A DNA stretch of 64,000 bases, taken from positions 426,291 to 490,290 of the forward strand of contig NZ_FMKA01000001.1 in NCBI RefSeq assembly GCF_900096945.1. Reading direction: 5' to 3'. Positions within the stretch are counted from its first letter, which is position 1. The number at the start of each line of letters is the position of its first letter. Both the position numbers and the translations under genes were made by a program. The DNA comes from Anaerobium acetethylicum (GTDB taxonomy: Bacteria > Bacillota > Clostridia > Lachnospirales > Lachnospiraceae). This document shows, piece by piece, positions 46,838-56,313 of this stretch. Under the pieces are notes generated by a model. That model had not been told where the DNA came from and made no database searches. It was given only the letters and a program-made list of their open reading frames with translations.

Positions 46838-48433
46838 CTATTCTACAATTGAAATAACCTCGTTGGTTTCTTTTCCCACTGCATATTCAATCGTTATCGT
46901 ATCGCCTTCAGCGTACCTTATGATACCGACGAGATCCGCAACATCCACATCAAAAATGTCCCGGCTTCCTTCCAGCATGATGTAATAGTGAGAATTACCT
47001 TCTATTACACTCTGGGCTATCCTGCTTATGATGCCGGTCTTTTTCATGATATCACTGTCCGCAGTGCTGCTGATTCCGCTGGAAACCAGCAGTTTCGAGT
47101 AGATCTTCTCGCATTCTGCAACGCTGCCGCCGATGGCTACAAGCTGGTATTTCTCAACATTTACCATGGCATATCTTTTAACCAGTCCTTCATCATCCTT
47201 CAGTGCAATAAAGTAAGTCGGTTCCCCTGATATGTTTAACAAAAGCGGGAATGTGGCAATATAGCCCATCTCCTGCACCTGACCTTCGGCGGATGACATT
47301 GCCGATACCTCTGTGGCCCCTTCCACCGAATAATACCTGGTTTCCATCGTCCTCTGATTAATCAGGACAAAACCAACATTCGACTGGTCTCCTGTGACAG
47401 AGGTTACTCCCGTATAAAGCCAGACATCATCTTCAAGTGCAATATAGTTATAGCCATCTGTAGTCTGGATGCAGTCTTTCTGCCCCAGAATGCTGTTGAA
47501 ATAGCCATGCTTCAATGTTCCATAGTAATCGTAATAAGAAATCACAAGTTCCGAGGAATAGACCCTGTCAATCCACTGCGGAACGTCCTCAACGGCATAA
47601 TTGATGGTTTCCCCCGTTACAGCATTCAGCAGTATCACTCTGCCTACTGTCTCGCCCCCGAAAAGGCCAATTGTGAAGTCCTTCACAGGGCACACCCAGT
47701 AGGGAACTCCGTTATCATCAATCTCGAAATTGATGTTGTCGAATATATAGGTCGGATACTTGAACCTCAGATACCTGTATATATTCCTTCCGAAATGCTC
47801 GCTGTCAGAATACCTGATTTCATTCTCCAGCTGCACTACCTCTACATCCTGAGAAGCCATGTCTATTTTGATGTATGCCGGAATACCCTCCGACCGGTTC
47901 GTGAACCATTTGATCAGGCTTGCATATTTAAGCGGAGTCACCCGGACCGGTTCACCCTGATAGTTGATCTGGGTGTAGTGGTTGCTGGCTTCGAACTGTG
48001 AGACTATTTTTACCATGCTGCCCATTTTCCTGTCCCCCAGAAGCTCAGCCGACGCTTTATCAAGAATCGGGATCTGGCTGAAGGATATCTCCTCGATATC
48101 TTCCGTAAACTCCCTTTCTTCCACCTTCAGAATCTGCTGATATTTTTTGGCATTTATGACCGGAGAAGACAGCAGGCTCCCAACCGCATAAATCAGGATT
48201 ACGACGATTATTATAACGCCTCCCGCTTTTATGACCTTGGAATTTTTCATCTCATCCGCATTCTTGAGCCTCGCAAAACCGTAGATTGCCAGCGCCGCAA
48301 CAATCGCAGATATGATAAACACCCAGAACCCTGATGAATGGATATTGATGGCTGGAAGGGTCACATAATAATATGCGAAACCGATCAAACCAAGAACAAC
48401 TAATATAATTAGATTTCTTTGAATTTTTTTCAT
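46838..48433 (-). CDS. hypothetical membrane protein (3 N-terminal TM + large extracytoplasmic domain)
   Basis: 531 aa; no recognisable catalytic motif. Confidence 0.55.
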   Translation of the reverse strand: MKKIQRNLIILVVLGLIGFAYYYVTLPAINIHSSGFWVFIISAIVAALAIYGFARLKNADEMKNSKVIKAGGVIIIVVILIYAVGSLLSSPVINAKKYQQILKVEEREFTEDIEEISFSQIPILDKASAELLGDRKMGSMVKIVSQFEASNHYTQINYQGEPVRVTPLKYASLIKWFTNRSEGIPAYIKIDMASQDVEVVQLENEIRYSDSEHFGRNIYRYLRFKYPTYIFDNINFEIDDNGVPYWVCPVKDFTIGLFGGETVGRVILLNAVTGETINYAVEDVPQWIDRVYSSELVISYYDYYGTLKHGYFNSILGQKDCIQTTDGYNYIALEDDVWLYTGVTSVTGDQSNVGFVLINQRTMETRYYSVEGATEVSAMSSAEGQVQEMGYIATFPLLLNISGEPTYFIALKDDEGLVKRYAMVNVEKYQLVAIGGSVAECEKIYSKLLVSSGISSTADSDIMKKTGIISRIAQSVIEGNSHYYIMLEGSRDIFDVDVADLVGIIRYAEGDTITIEYAVGKETNEVISIVE

Positions 48434-48767
48434 TTTAATGCCTCCTTATAGGTTGCTGATTTTGTTAAATACTACTTATTCTAACAGTTTTGCAGGAAAA
48501 TAACAACCAGCTTGTCAACATAAACGGACAGGGCACCGGAACATCATTCTCCGATACCCTGTCCAATTGACTGCCTGCAGATATCCACTCCTATCAGCCG
48601 GCATCTATACCCTATACCTACGGATTGTTCCGCACTTTGTGCTCCCACAATCCTGAAAACATGAGAAATCCGCCCTGTTCGGGCTGCTTTCTCATGTTTT
48701 GCGGGTCCCAAAGTCATGCTTTTTCATGCAAGCATGAAACACATGACCTTTTGACCCTGGTATCATA

Positions 48768-50858
48768 CTATTCAGAAACCGCTTCCAGCTTCTTCGCTCT
48801 TTCTTCAATCTCCTTCATCTGTACGTCTGTCGGCGCCTGTTCATAACGGTTGAATTCATAGGAGAAGTCTCCCCTGCCTCCCGTCATGGATCTGAGTTCA
48901 GTGGAATATCCAAACAGTTCCGTCATCGGGATATCCGCTTCTATCTCCTGCTTTCCTTCGCCTGCCGGATTCATTCCAAGCACGCGGCCTCGTCTCTTAT
49001 TGAGATCGCCCATAATATCACCTGTATATTTTTCAGGAACAACCACCTTCAGCGACACAATCGGTTCGAGCAGCATTGGATTTGCGTCCATGAATCCTTT
49101 TTTGAATGCGAGAATTGTTGCCATCTTGAATGCCATTTCTGATGAATCTACCGGATGATAAGATCCGTCCACCAGCGTAGCCTTTACTCCCACAACAGGA
49201 TATCCTGCAAGAGGCCCTTTAAGAACACATTCCTGGATTCCTTTTTCAACTGCCGGGAAATAGTTCCTTGGAACGGCACCGCCAAATACCTTTTCTTCAA
49301 ACACATATGGTTTTTCAAGATCTCCTGAAGGCTCGAATTCCATCTTGACGTCACCATACTGCCCGTGTCCGCCTGACTGTTTCTTATGTTTGCCCTGAAC
49401 CTCGATTTTTTTCCTTAAAGTTTCCCTGAAAGCCACCTTCGGCCTGGACAATTCTATTTCCACTTTATATTTTTCAAACAGCTTACTGACAAGGACCTCC
49501 AGATGCTGCTCGCCCATGCCGTAAAGCAGTGTCTGACGATTCTCCTTGTCGTTTACATGCATGATTGTAGGATCCTCTTCCATAAGCTTCGCCAATGCCT
49601 GGGAAACCTTATCATCGTCTCCTTTGTTCTTTGTTTTATATCTCATATAGGTATAAGGGATTGAATGAACTGTTTTTTCATAAATTACCGGGCATGCCTT
49701 CGTGGAAAGCGTATCATCAGTCTTCGTATCTGACAGTTTGCCGATTGCCCCGATGTCACCTGCATATAACTCCTTTACCTCTATCGGAGTCTTGCCCTGC
49801 AGAATATATAATTTATTCAGTTTGTCTTCTGTATCCCTTTCAGCATTGTAGATCGTATCATCTGATTTTACGATGCCTGAACATACTTTAATAAGCGAAT
49901 ATTTTCCAATGAAGGGGTCTGCTATTGTTTTGAAGACATAAGCCGATTTTGCTCTCGTGGCATCATAATCAGCCTCGAATTCCTCGCCGGTCTTTGCCCT
50001 GGTTCCGCTGAGTTTTACCTTGTCAGGCGATGGAAAATATTTTTCAATTGCCTGCAGCAGCATCGTCGTGCCCTGTGCATTGATTCCTGAACCAATCAGG
50101 ACCGGAACGATTGTTCCATCTATAACGTTGCTCCTGAGTGCTATGGAAATTTCTTCCTGCGTAAATTCCTCGCCGGCGAAATAACGTTCCATAAATTCTT
50201 CGCTTGTCTCAGCAACAGCGTCCAAAAGAGCTTCCCTGCAGACAGACAGATTCTGCATTGAATATTCGGGAATCTCACATTCTTCGTATTCACTGAGTTT
50301 TGTAAATCTTCTGCCTTCCATCTTGACTACATTTACAAAACCTACAAACTTTTCATTTTCCCTGATCGGAAGGTGGAAAGGTGCTATTTTTTTACCATAG
50401 AGCTCAGTAAGCTTTTCAATCACTTCCCTGTGGCTGGCATTGTCGTCATCCATATCCGTCACGAAAAACATTCTGGGAAGCTTATACTTTTCACACAGCT
50501 CCCATGCTTTTTCAGTTCCTGCTTCAACTCCCGCTTTACAGGAAATCACAATTACAGCTGCATCAGCAACTCTCGCTGCAGCTTCAACTTCACCTACAAA
50601 ATCAAAATAACCGGGGGTATCTAAAAGATTGATCTTGGTATCCTCCCAGATCACAGGTACAACAGAAGTATTGATGGAAAAGAGACGTTTGATTTCCTCT
50701 TTATCATAATCGCTGATCGTATTTCCTTCAGTGACTTTTCCCTGACGGCTGGTGAGACCGGTTGTGTACGCCATGGCTTCGACCAAAGTTGTCTTGCCAC
50801 AGCTGCCGTGCCCTAAAAGAACTACATTACGAATCTTGTCTGTCTTGTAAACGTTCAT
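48768..50858 (-). CDS. elongation factor G family GTPase (EF-G paralogue)
   Basis: GHGSCGKTT, DTPG, five EF-G domains; 696 aa. Confidence 0.9.
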   Translation of the reverse strand: MNVYKTDKIRNVVLLGHGSCGKTTLVEAMAYTTGLTSRQGKVTEGNTISDYDKEEIKRLFSINTSVVPVIWEDTKINLLDTPGYFDFVGEVEAAARVADAAVIVISCKAGVEAGTEKAWELCEKYKLPRMFFVTDMDDDNASHREVIEKLTELYGKKIAPFHLPIRENEKFVGFVNVVKMEGRRFTKLSEYEECEIPEYSMQNLSVCREALLDAVAETSEEFMERYFAGEEFTQEEISIALRSNVIDGTIVPVLIGSGINAQGTTMLLQAIEKYFPSPDKVKLSGTRAKTGEEFEADYDATRAKSAYVFKTIADPFIGKYSLIKVCSGIVKSDDTIYNAERDTEDKLNKLYILQGKTPIEVKELYAGDIGAIGKLSDTKTDDTLSTKACPVIYEKTVHSIPYTYMRYKTKNKGDDDKVSQALAKLMEEDPTIMHVNDKENRQTLLYGMGEQHLEVLVSKLFEKYKVEIELSRPKVAFRETLRKKIEVQGKHKKQSGGHGQYGDVKMEFEPSGDLEKPYVFEEKVFGGAVPRNYFPAVEKGIQECVLKGPLAGYPVVGVKATLVDGSYHPVDSSEMAFKMATILAFKKGFMDANPMLLEPIVSLKVVVPEKYTGDIMGDLNKRRGRVLGMNPAGEGKQEIEADIPMTELFGYSTELRSMTGGRGDFSYEFNRYEQAPTDVQMKEIEERAKKLEAVSE

Positions 50859-51113
50859 ATGAATTCCTCCTATACTGATTTGCGGTGGCAGGATTAAAAA
50901 TCCTGCACTGATGCGGTACCCTATGGATGCTGCACGTTGTTGACTTCGTTATATGGATATTTTACTAAAATTGTCGCATTATATCAAGCATTATATGTAT
51001 TTATAACAAATTTATTTTCACGCACCCCGTTATAATTATATAATTGCTGCATTTTCCGACGTTTTTATCTGCTTTTTGGTGCTGTCTGCACGATATCCGC
51101 CCTGCAACCACTC

Positions 51114-51153
51114 GCTTTAAAGTGTTACACTTCATAGCGTTACACTTTAAAGC
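51114..51153 (+). promoter_or_regulatory. dyad-symmetric element immediately upstream of aro-operon promoter
   Basis: gctttaaagtg-ttacacttcatagcgtta-cactttaaagc; repeated GTTACAC submotif; ends 10 bp before -35. Confidence 0.35.
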
Positions 51154-51162
51154 AACACAGTA

Positions 51163-51191
51163 TTGACATTACATTTTAATCGGGTTAGAAT
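51163..51191 (+). promoter_or_regulatory. promoter of aroF-tyrA-aroA operon (TTGACA-17-TAGAAT)
   Basis: consensus -35, good -10, 50 nt before start codon. Confidence 0.5.
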
Positions 51192-51242
51192 AGGATTAAA
51201 TCTGTATCACGTAAAAATTCAACAAAGAATGGAGAATAAATA

Positions 51243-52256
51243 ATGATTATAGTAATGAAACCTAACGCACCACAGAGTTCAATAGATTTTATCGTAAAGA
51301 CAATTACCGAAAAGGGGCTCCAGACCCATATTTCAAAGGGAGAGGAAGTCACGATCATCGGCGTTGTAGGCGACAAGTCAAGACTCTCTCAACAGAATCT
51401 CGAAATCGCGCCTGACGTTGAAAAAATCGTTCCCGTCACTGAAACCTACAAACTCGCAAACAAAAAGTTCCATCCAGAGCCTTCCATCATAAAAGCCGGG
51501 AATACTGAAATCGGTCCAAACAACCTTACCATCATGGCCGGCCCATGTGCAGTAGAATCAGAAGCCCAGCTCATGAAAATCGCATATGCCGTAAAAGCAG
51601 CCGGAGCCAACATCCTCCGCGGCGGTGCCTACAAACCAAGAACCTCCCCATACGCATTCCAGGGGCTTGAAGAAGAAGGCCTCCGCTACATGCTGAATGC
51701 AAAAGCTGAAACAGGACTTACGACAATCTGCGAAGTGACAAGCCTTGATGCAATCAACGCCGCTGTCAAATACGTGGATATGATCCAGATCGGTGCAAGA
51801 AACATGCAGAACTTCTACCTGCTGAAGGAAGCCGGCAAGTCAGGACTTCCCGTACTTTTAAAAAGAGGCTTTGCTGCAACGATCGATGAATGGCTCAATG
51901 CTGCCGAATACATAATCGCAGAAGGGAACCCCAACGTCGTATTATGTGAAAGAGGCATCCGTACCTTTGAAACTGCTACGAGAAATACGCTGGACCTCAG
52001 TGCCGTTCCTGTCATGAAGGAAAAGACCCATCTTCCTATCATAGTAGATCCAAGCCATGCAACAGGCGTCCGTGCCTATGTAGCTCCTCTTGCGAAAGCT
52101 GCCGTAGCTGCAGGCGCAGACGGACTTATGATTGAGGTGCATGACAATCCTGCAAAAGCACTTTCCGACGGGCCGCAGTCTCTTACCTTCGAACAGTTCG
52201 ATACCCTCACAAAAGAGCTCCGTCCATACGCACAGCTATCCGGGAGGATATTTTAA
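51243..52256 (+). CDS. aroF: DAHP synthase class I-beta (KDO8PS-like) with N-terminal ferredoxin-like regulatory domain
   Basis: 337 aa; LTIMAGPCAVES, KPRTSPY motifs. Confidence 0.85.
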   Translation: MIIVMKPNAPQSSIDFIVKTITEKGLQTHISKGEEVTIIGVVGDKSRLSQQNLEIAPDVEKIVPVTETYKLANKKFHPEPSIIKAGNTEIGPNNLTIMAGPCAVESEAQLMKIAYAVKAAGANILRGGAYKPRTSPYAFQGLEEEGLRYMLNAKAETGLTTICEVTSLDAINAAVKYVDMIQIGARNMQNFYLLKEAGKSGLPVLLKRGFAATIDEWLNAAEYIIAEGNPNVVLCERGIRTFETATRNTLDLSAVPVMKEKTHLPIIVDPSHATGVRAYVAPLAKAAVAAGADGLMIEVHDNPAKALSDGPQSLTFEQFDTLTKELRPYAQLSGRIF

Positions 52257-53353
52257 TGAACAGCAAACGCATCGGATTCATAGGCCTTGGCCTGATTGGC
52301 GGATCCATTGCCAGGGCTATAAGGCGCTGCTTTCCTTCCTCAGAAATCCTTGCATATGATACTGACCGGGATTCCCTTTCCCTTGCAATGGCAGACGGGA
52401 TCATCGATTATGCATGCACAAAGATTGACGAGCATTACGGAACCTGCGACTATATTTTCTTATGTACGCCGGTTTCCTACAACTCCGGCTACCTCAGCAG
52501 CCTGAAAGAGATTCTCAGGCCCGGATGCATCCTCACCGACGTGGGGAGCGTCAAGACCGATATTCACCTGAAAATAATCGAGCTGGGGCTTGAAGCAAAC
52601 TTCATCGGTGGACATCCCATGGCAGGTTCTGAAAAAACAGGGTTTTCGAATTCAACTGCACATCTGGTAGAGAATGCATATTATGTCCTGACCCCTTCCG
52701 CAAAAGTGCCTGATGAAGCCGTGCAGCGCATGCGGGAAATGGTAGCGGCAATCGGCGCAATACCGATCATTCTCGGCTATCAGGAACACGACTACATAAC
52801 GGCATCCGTAAGCCATCTTCCGCATATCATCGCCGCCAGCCTTGTAAATCTTATCAAGGTTTCGGACTCCGAGGACGGGCTCATGAAAACCATTGCCGCA
52901 GGCGGTTTCAAGGATATCACCAGGATTGCTTCTTCCTCCCCGGTCATGTGGCAGCAGATCTGCCTGACCAATGGTGAAAATATTTCCAGGATTTTAGGGG
53001 ATTATATAGACTATCTTGGAGCAATCAGGCAGGCTCTGGATTCCGGAAACCAGTCTGAATTATACGATCTGTTCTACACTGCAAGAGAATACAGGAACTC
53101 CATACCGAACGCTTCTCTTGGCCCTATCAAAAAAGTATTCGCCGTGTACTGCGACATTATTGATGAAGCCGGCGGAATTGCAACAATCGCTACAATCCTC
53201 GCAAGCAATAACATCAGCATCAAGAACATCGGCATTATACATAACAGGGAATTCGAAGAGGGTGTATTGCGGATCGAGTTCTATGAGGAGGATCCGTCAT
53301 TAAAGGCAGTTGAACTTCTCCGGAAATACCGTTATACTGTCTACGAAAGATAA
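52256..53353 (+). CDS. tyrA: prephenate dehydrogenase with C-terminal ACT domain
   Basis: IGFIGLGLIGGS Rossmann; HPMAGSE; 1-nt overlap with aroF stop. Confidence 0.85.
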   Translation: MNSKRIGFIGLGLIGGSIARAIRRCFPSSEILAYDTDRDSLSLAMADGIIDYACTKIDEHYGTCDYIFLCTPVSYNSGYLSSLKEILRPGCILTDVGSVKTDIHLKIIELGLEANFIGGHPMAGSEKTGFSNSTAHLVENAYYVLTPSAKVPDEAVQRMREMVAAIGAIPIILGYQEHDYITASVSHLPHIIAASLVNLIKVSDSEDGLMKTIAAGGFKDITRIASSSPVMWQQICLTNGENISRILGDYIDYLGAIRQALDSGNQSELYDLFYTAREYRNSIPNASLGPIKKVFAVYCDIIDEAGGIATIATILASNNISIKNIGIIHNREFEEGVLRIEFYEEDPSLKAVELLRKYRYTVYER

Positions 53354-53446
53354 ATTCATCAGAACGGTTCAGTCATGGCTGCTTGCTGGCGACGAATCTC
53401 GCACGATGAATCTGGATTAAGTTCACTTGATAAGGAGACTAAGTTT

Positions 53447-54727
53447 ATGGAATTTCATAAGATAAAATCACTCAGAGGGGAAATCATGGTTCCCGGCGAC
53501 AAGTCCATCTCCCACCGTGCAATCATGCTCGGCTCCCTTGCAGAAGGCACCACGGAAGTCACAAATTTTCTTCAGGGTGCAGACTGCCTGTCTACCATCG
53601 ACTGCTTCAGGAAGTTAGGGATAGAGATAGAAAATGATGGAAAAACAATCCGGATACACGGAAAAGGCCTTGACGGGCTGAAAGAACCCTCTGCCATACT
53701 GGACGCAGGAAATAGCGGCACTACTACAAGACTGATTTCAGGAATCCTCGCTGCCCAGAATTTTGAAACCACCCTGACCGGAGATGAATCCATACAGAAG
53801 CGCCCTATGAAGCGCATAATCGACCCCCTTTCCATGATGGGGGCCGATATTCAAAGCATAAAAGGGAACGGCTGCGCCCCTCTGAAGATCAAAGGCGCCC
53901 CCCTTCATGCAATCGACTACGTATCGCCTGTGGCATCCGCCCAGGTCAAATCCGCGGTTCTGCTTGCAGGACTTTATGCAGACGGCAAAACAAGCGTTAC
54001 CGAACCATATGTATCCAGGAATCATACCGAACTGATGCTGAAATTTTTCGGTGGTGAAGTCTCTACTGAAGGAACAACTGCAACGGTCAGCCCAAGGCCG
54101 AAACTGGAAGCCCGGAAGGTCATTGTTCCCGGCGATATATCCTCGGCTGCCTATTTCATAGCCGCTGGCCTTCTGGTGCCTGACTCCGAAATCCTCATCA
54201 AAAACGTGGGCATAAATCCCACACGTGATGGAATCATAAAGGTATGCAGGCAGATGGGTGCCAATATTTCACTGGAAAATATCGATCATTCAGGAAGCGA
54301 GGTTACAGCCGACATCCTCGTGCGTACAAGCGAACTTGAGGGAACAGTCATCGAAGGGGAAATCATTCCGACCCTGATCGATGAAATTCCAATCATTGCA
54401 ATCCTCGCATGCTTTGCCAATGGCAGGACCGTAATCAGGGATGCTGCGGAGCTTAAAGTTAAGGAATCTAACCGTATTGATGTGATGGTTAAAAACCTTT
54501 CCCTGATGAATGCCAAAATAGCCGGAACCGATGACGGAATGATCATCGATGGCGGCCACCCTCTTACGGGAACTGTGATCGACTCAAACCTCGACCACCG
54601 CATTGCCATGTCCTTTGCAATTGCAGGCCTTCTGTCTGAAGGGACCACAAAAATCACCGGCAGCGAATGTGTGAACATTTCCTATCCTGATTTTTACAAG
54701 GATCTTGATTCTCTGATGTGCCGATAA
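53447..54727 (+). CDS. aroA: 3-phosphoshikimate 1-carboxyvinyltransferase (EPSP synthase)
   Basis: start MEFHKIKSL with AAGGAGA RBS; LGNSGTT-like motif, full-length EPSPS. Confidence 0.9.
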   Translation: MEFHKIKSLRGEIMVPGDKSISHRAIMLGSLAEGTTEVTNFLQGADCLSTIDCFRKLGIEIENDGKTIRIHGKGLDGLKEPSAILDAGNSGTTTRLISGILAAQNFETTLTGDESIQKRPMKRIIDPLSMMGADIQSIKGNGCAPLKIKGAPLHAIDYVSPVASAQVKSAVLLAGLYADGKTSVTEPYVSRNHTELMLKFFGGEVSTEGTTATVSPRPKLEARKVIVPGDISSAAYFIAAGLLVPDSEILIKNVGINPTRDGIIKVCRQMGANISLENIDHSGSEVTADILVRTSELEGTVIEGEIIPTLIDEIPIIAILACFANGRTVIRDAAELKVKESNRIDVMVKNLSLMNAKIAGTDDGMIIDGGHPLTGTVIDSNLDHRIAMSFAIAGLLSEGTTKITGSECVNISYPDFYKDLDSLMCR

Positions 54728-54798
54728 GGATTGGCAAAGCCCTTCGCTTCATTAACTCCGATGCCCCACAATCACTTTCCAATGAAATCATAATAAGT

Positions 54799-54834
54799 GC
54801 CAGTCACTGCGAACAATTGTTCACAGTGACTGGC
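54799..54834. terminator. 36-bp near-perfect palindrome; bidirectional terminator between aroA and flavodoxin-like gene
   Basis: gccagtcactgcgaacaattgttcacagtgactggc (2 mismatches). Confidence 0.55.
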
Positions 54835-55331
54835 ATCTTTCATACCACTCGATTACAGGTCTGAGATTCTCCTCGTTTACGAAATCTCCACCCTCTTTTA
54901 TCATTTTGAGATATTCCTCTTCAGCTTCCGTCTTATCTTCTTTCTTTAGAAGCGCCGGTTCCATCATCCTGATCATTTGATTCATCATAAATTTGTATAT
55001 TCCGCTCAGCCTGCTGATATCAAAGCCTCCCTGCAGATAAAACAAGCCGATGCCCTCAATCCGGTGTTTTTTTCGCAATTCATCAGCTGTCTTTTGATCC
55101 GGCACGCTCATTCCCACCGCACAGACTGCTTTGATATCATATCTTTTCTTTGCCTTTTCATACCCGGCGAGCGCCCCTGCCCTTATCCATCCGAGAAAAA
55201 TAACTTCATCGCTTTTTTCAGGCTTGCAGCCGCCTTGTCTGCATCATAAACAGGAAGTCCTGTCTTAGCACCAAGCATCGCAGCATATTCCTTTGTATGT
55301 CCGGCATTCGATTTGTAAATAATCGCTTTCA
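54821..55331 (-). pseudogene. flavodoxin-like protein gene interrupted by a frameshift at an A6 homopolymer (~55212-55217)
   Basis: frame 1 MKAIIYKSNAGHTKEYAAMLG...ASLKK then stop; adding one A restores ~170-aa ORF continuing into ORF 54821..55117. Confidence 0.5.
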
Positions 55332-55369
55332 TCCGTCATCCCCCTTTTTTATTATTACTTTGTTTATTA

Positions 55370-55512
55370 GTAACTGTTCCGAACCCCTGTCTCGCGAGGT
55401 GTTTTTATGCTGAATTTGCATGAAAATCCGAGACATACGTGCGCCAAATTTCTGATTTTGCAATTTGTGTGCATCAAATGTGACTATGAAGGACATAGTC
55501 CTGAATAGTTAC
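55370..55512 (-). mobile_element. family A element copy A3 with perfect 8-bp TSD gtttatta
   Basis: flanks 55362-55369 and 55513-55520 identical; TIRs gtaactgttccgaac / gtaactattcaggac. Confidence 0.8.
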
Positions 55513-55688
55513 GTTTATTATATCACATGGCTTCCTCTGGTGATATCACCAAATTTTTCCAAACACATAAATGCCGGCTTGGTTTCAGAAACACATACAT
55601 TGACAGATGTAAATGTGACTGCTATTATATTAGAAATACCAGTCAGCTTTTCAATCATGGAATTACATTTCAAAGGAGGATTTCGTTC

Positions 55689-56246
55689 ATGAAAATCAAA
55701 TATAATAAATGCTGCCCGGATAACAGCTGCTCCGATAGCAGCTGCTGCGGACAGGAAAAAACAATGACGACTGCAAAAGAGAAAAAGGAAATTGTAATAG
55801 ATTTTCTTTTTCTCGACCTCACAGTGTGTGAAAGATGCCAGGGTGCAGAAACCAATCTCGATGCGGCGGTAAATGAGGTATCTGCAATCCTCAGCGCTGC
55901 CGGTTATGAAACAGTGGTTAATAAAATTAATGTGAACACAAGAGATCTGGCCGTCAGACACAGATTCCTGAGCTCTCCGACAATCCGCGTGAATGGAATG
56001 GATATAGCACTTGAAGTTAAAGAATCCCTCTGCACGGAATGCGGCGATCTCTGCGGCGACTCTGTAGACTGCAGAGTATGGATTGAAGATGGCGTAGAAT
56101 ATACGGAGCCTCCAAAGTCCATGATCATTAATGCAATTTTAAAAGAAGTCTATGGCGGTCACCATAAAACGCCTTCAGACAGTGCCCCTTATGTGCTTCC
56201 CGACAACCTGTCGACATTCTTCGATGGTATTGAAAAGAAAGCCTGA
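55689..56246 (+). CDS. Cys-rich thioredoxin-fold-like protein (DUF2703-like), N-terminal CCxxxxCxxxxCC cluster
   Basis: AAAGGAGGA RBS; KCCPDNSCSDSSCC..., CERC, CTEC/CGD/C motifs; TTGACA-17-TATTAT promoter at 55595-55623. Confidence 0.5.
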   Translation: MKIKYNKCCPDNSCSDSSCCGQEKTMTTAKEKKEIVIDFLFLDLTVCERCQGAETNLDAAVNEVSAILSAAGYETVVNKINVNTRDLAVRHRFLSSPTIRVNGMDIALEVKESLCTECGDLCGDSVDCRVWIEDGVEYTEPPKSMIINAILKEVYGGHHKTPSDSAPYVLPDNLSTFFDGIEKKA

Positions 56247-56267
56247 AACTTCAGAAGGCCCCTGCGA

Positions 56268-56311
56268 TGACAAAAGACGAGTGCGCATGATCGCGCACTC
56301 GTCTTTTGTCA
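56268..56311. terminator. bidirectional terminator (19-bp perfect stem)
   Basis: tgacaaaagacgagtgcgc-atgatc-gcgcactcgtcttttgtca. Confidence 0.7.
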
Positions 56312-56313
56312 TA

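Noticed and set aside
48655-48700. Hairpin aacatgagaaa...tttctcatgtt in the gap downstream of the EF-G paralogue, considered as a terminator or another repeat family
   Set aside because: It has no adjacent U-tract on either strand and no second copy in the window. It may still be a weak terminator, but support is insufficient.
54799-54834. CGAACAATTGTTCA (Cheo-box-like) inside the aroA terminator palindrome
   Set aside because: The motif sits at the centre of a 36-bp terminator hairpin between convergent genes with no promoter nearby, so the LexA-like match is probably coincidental.
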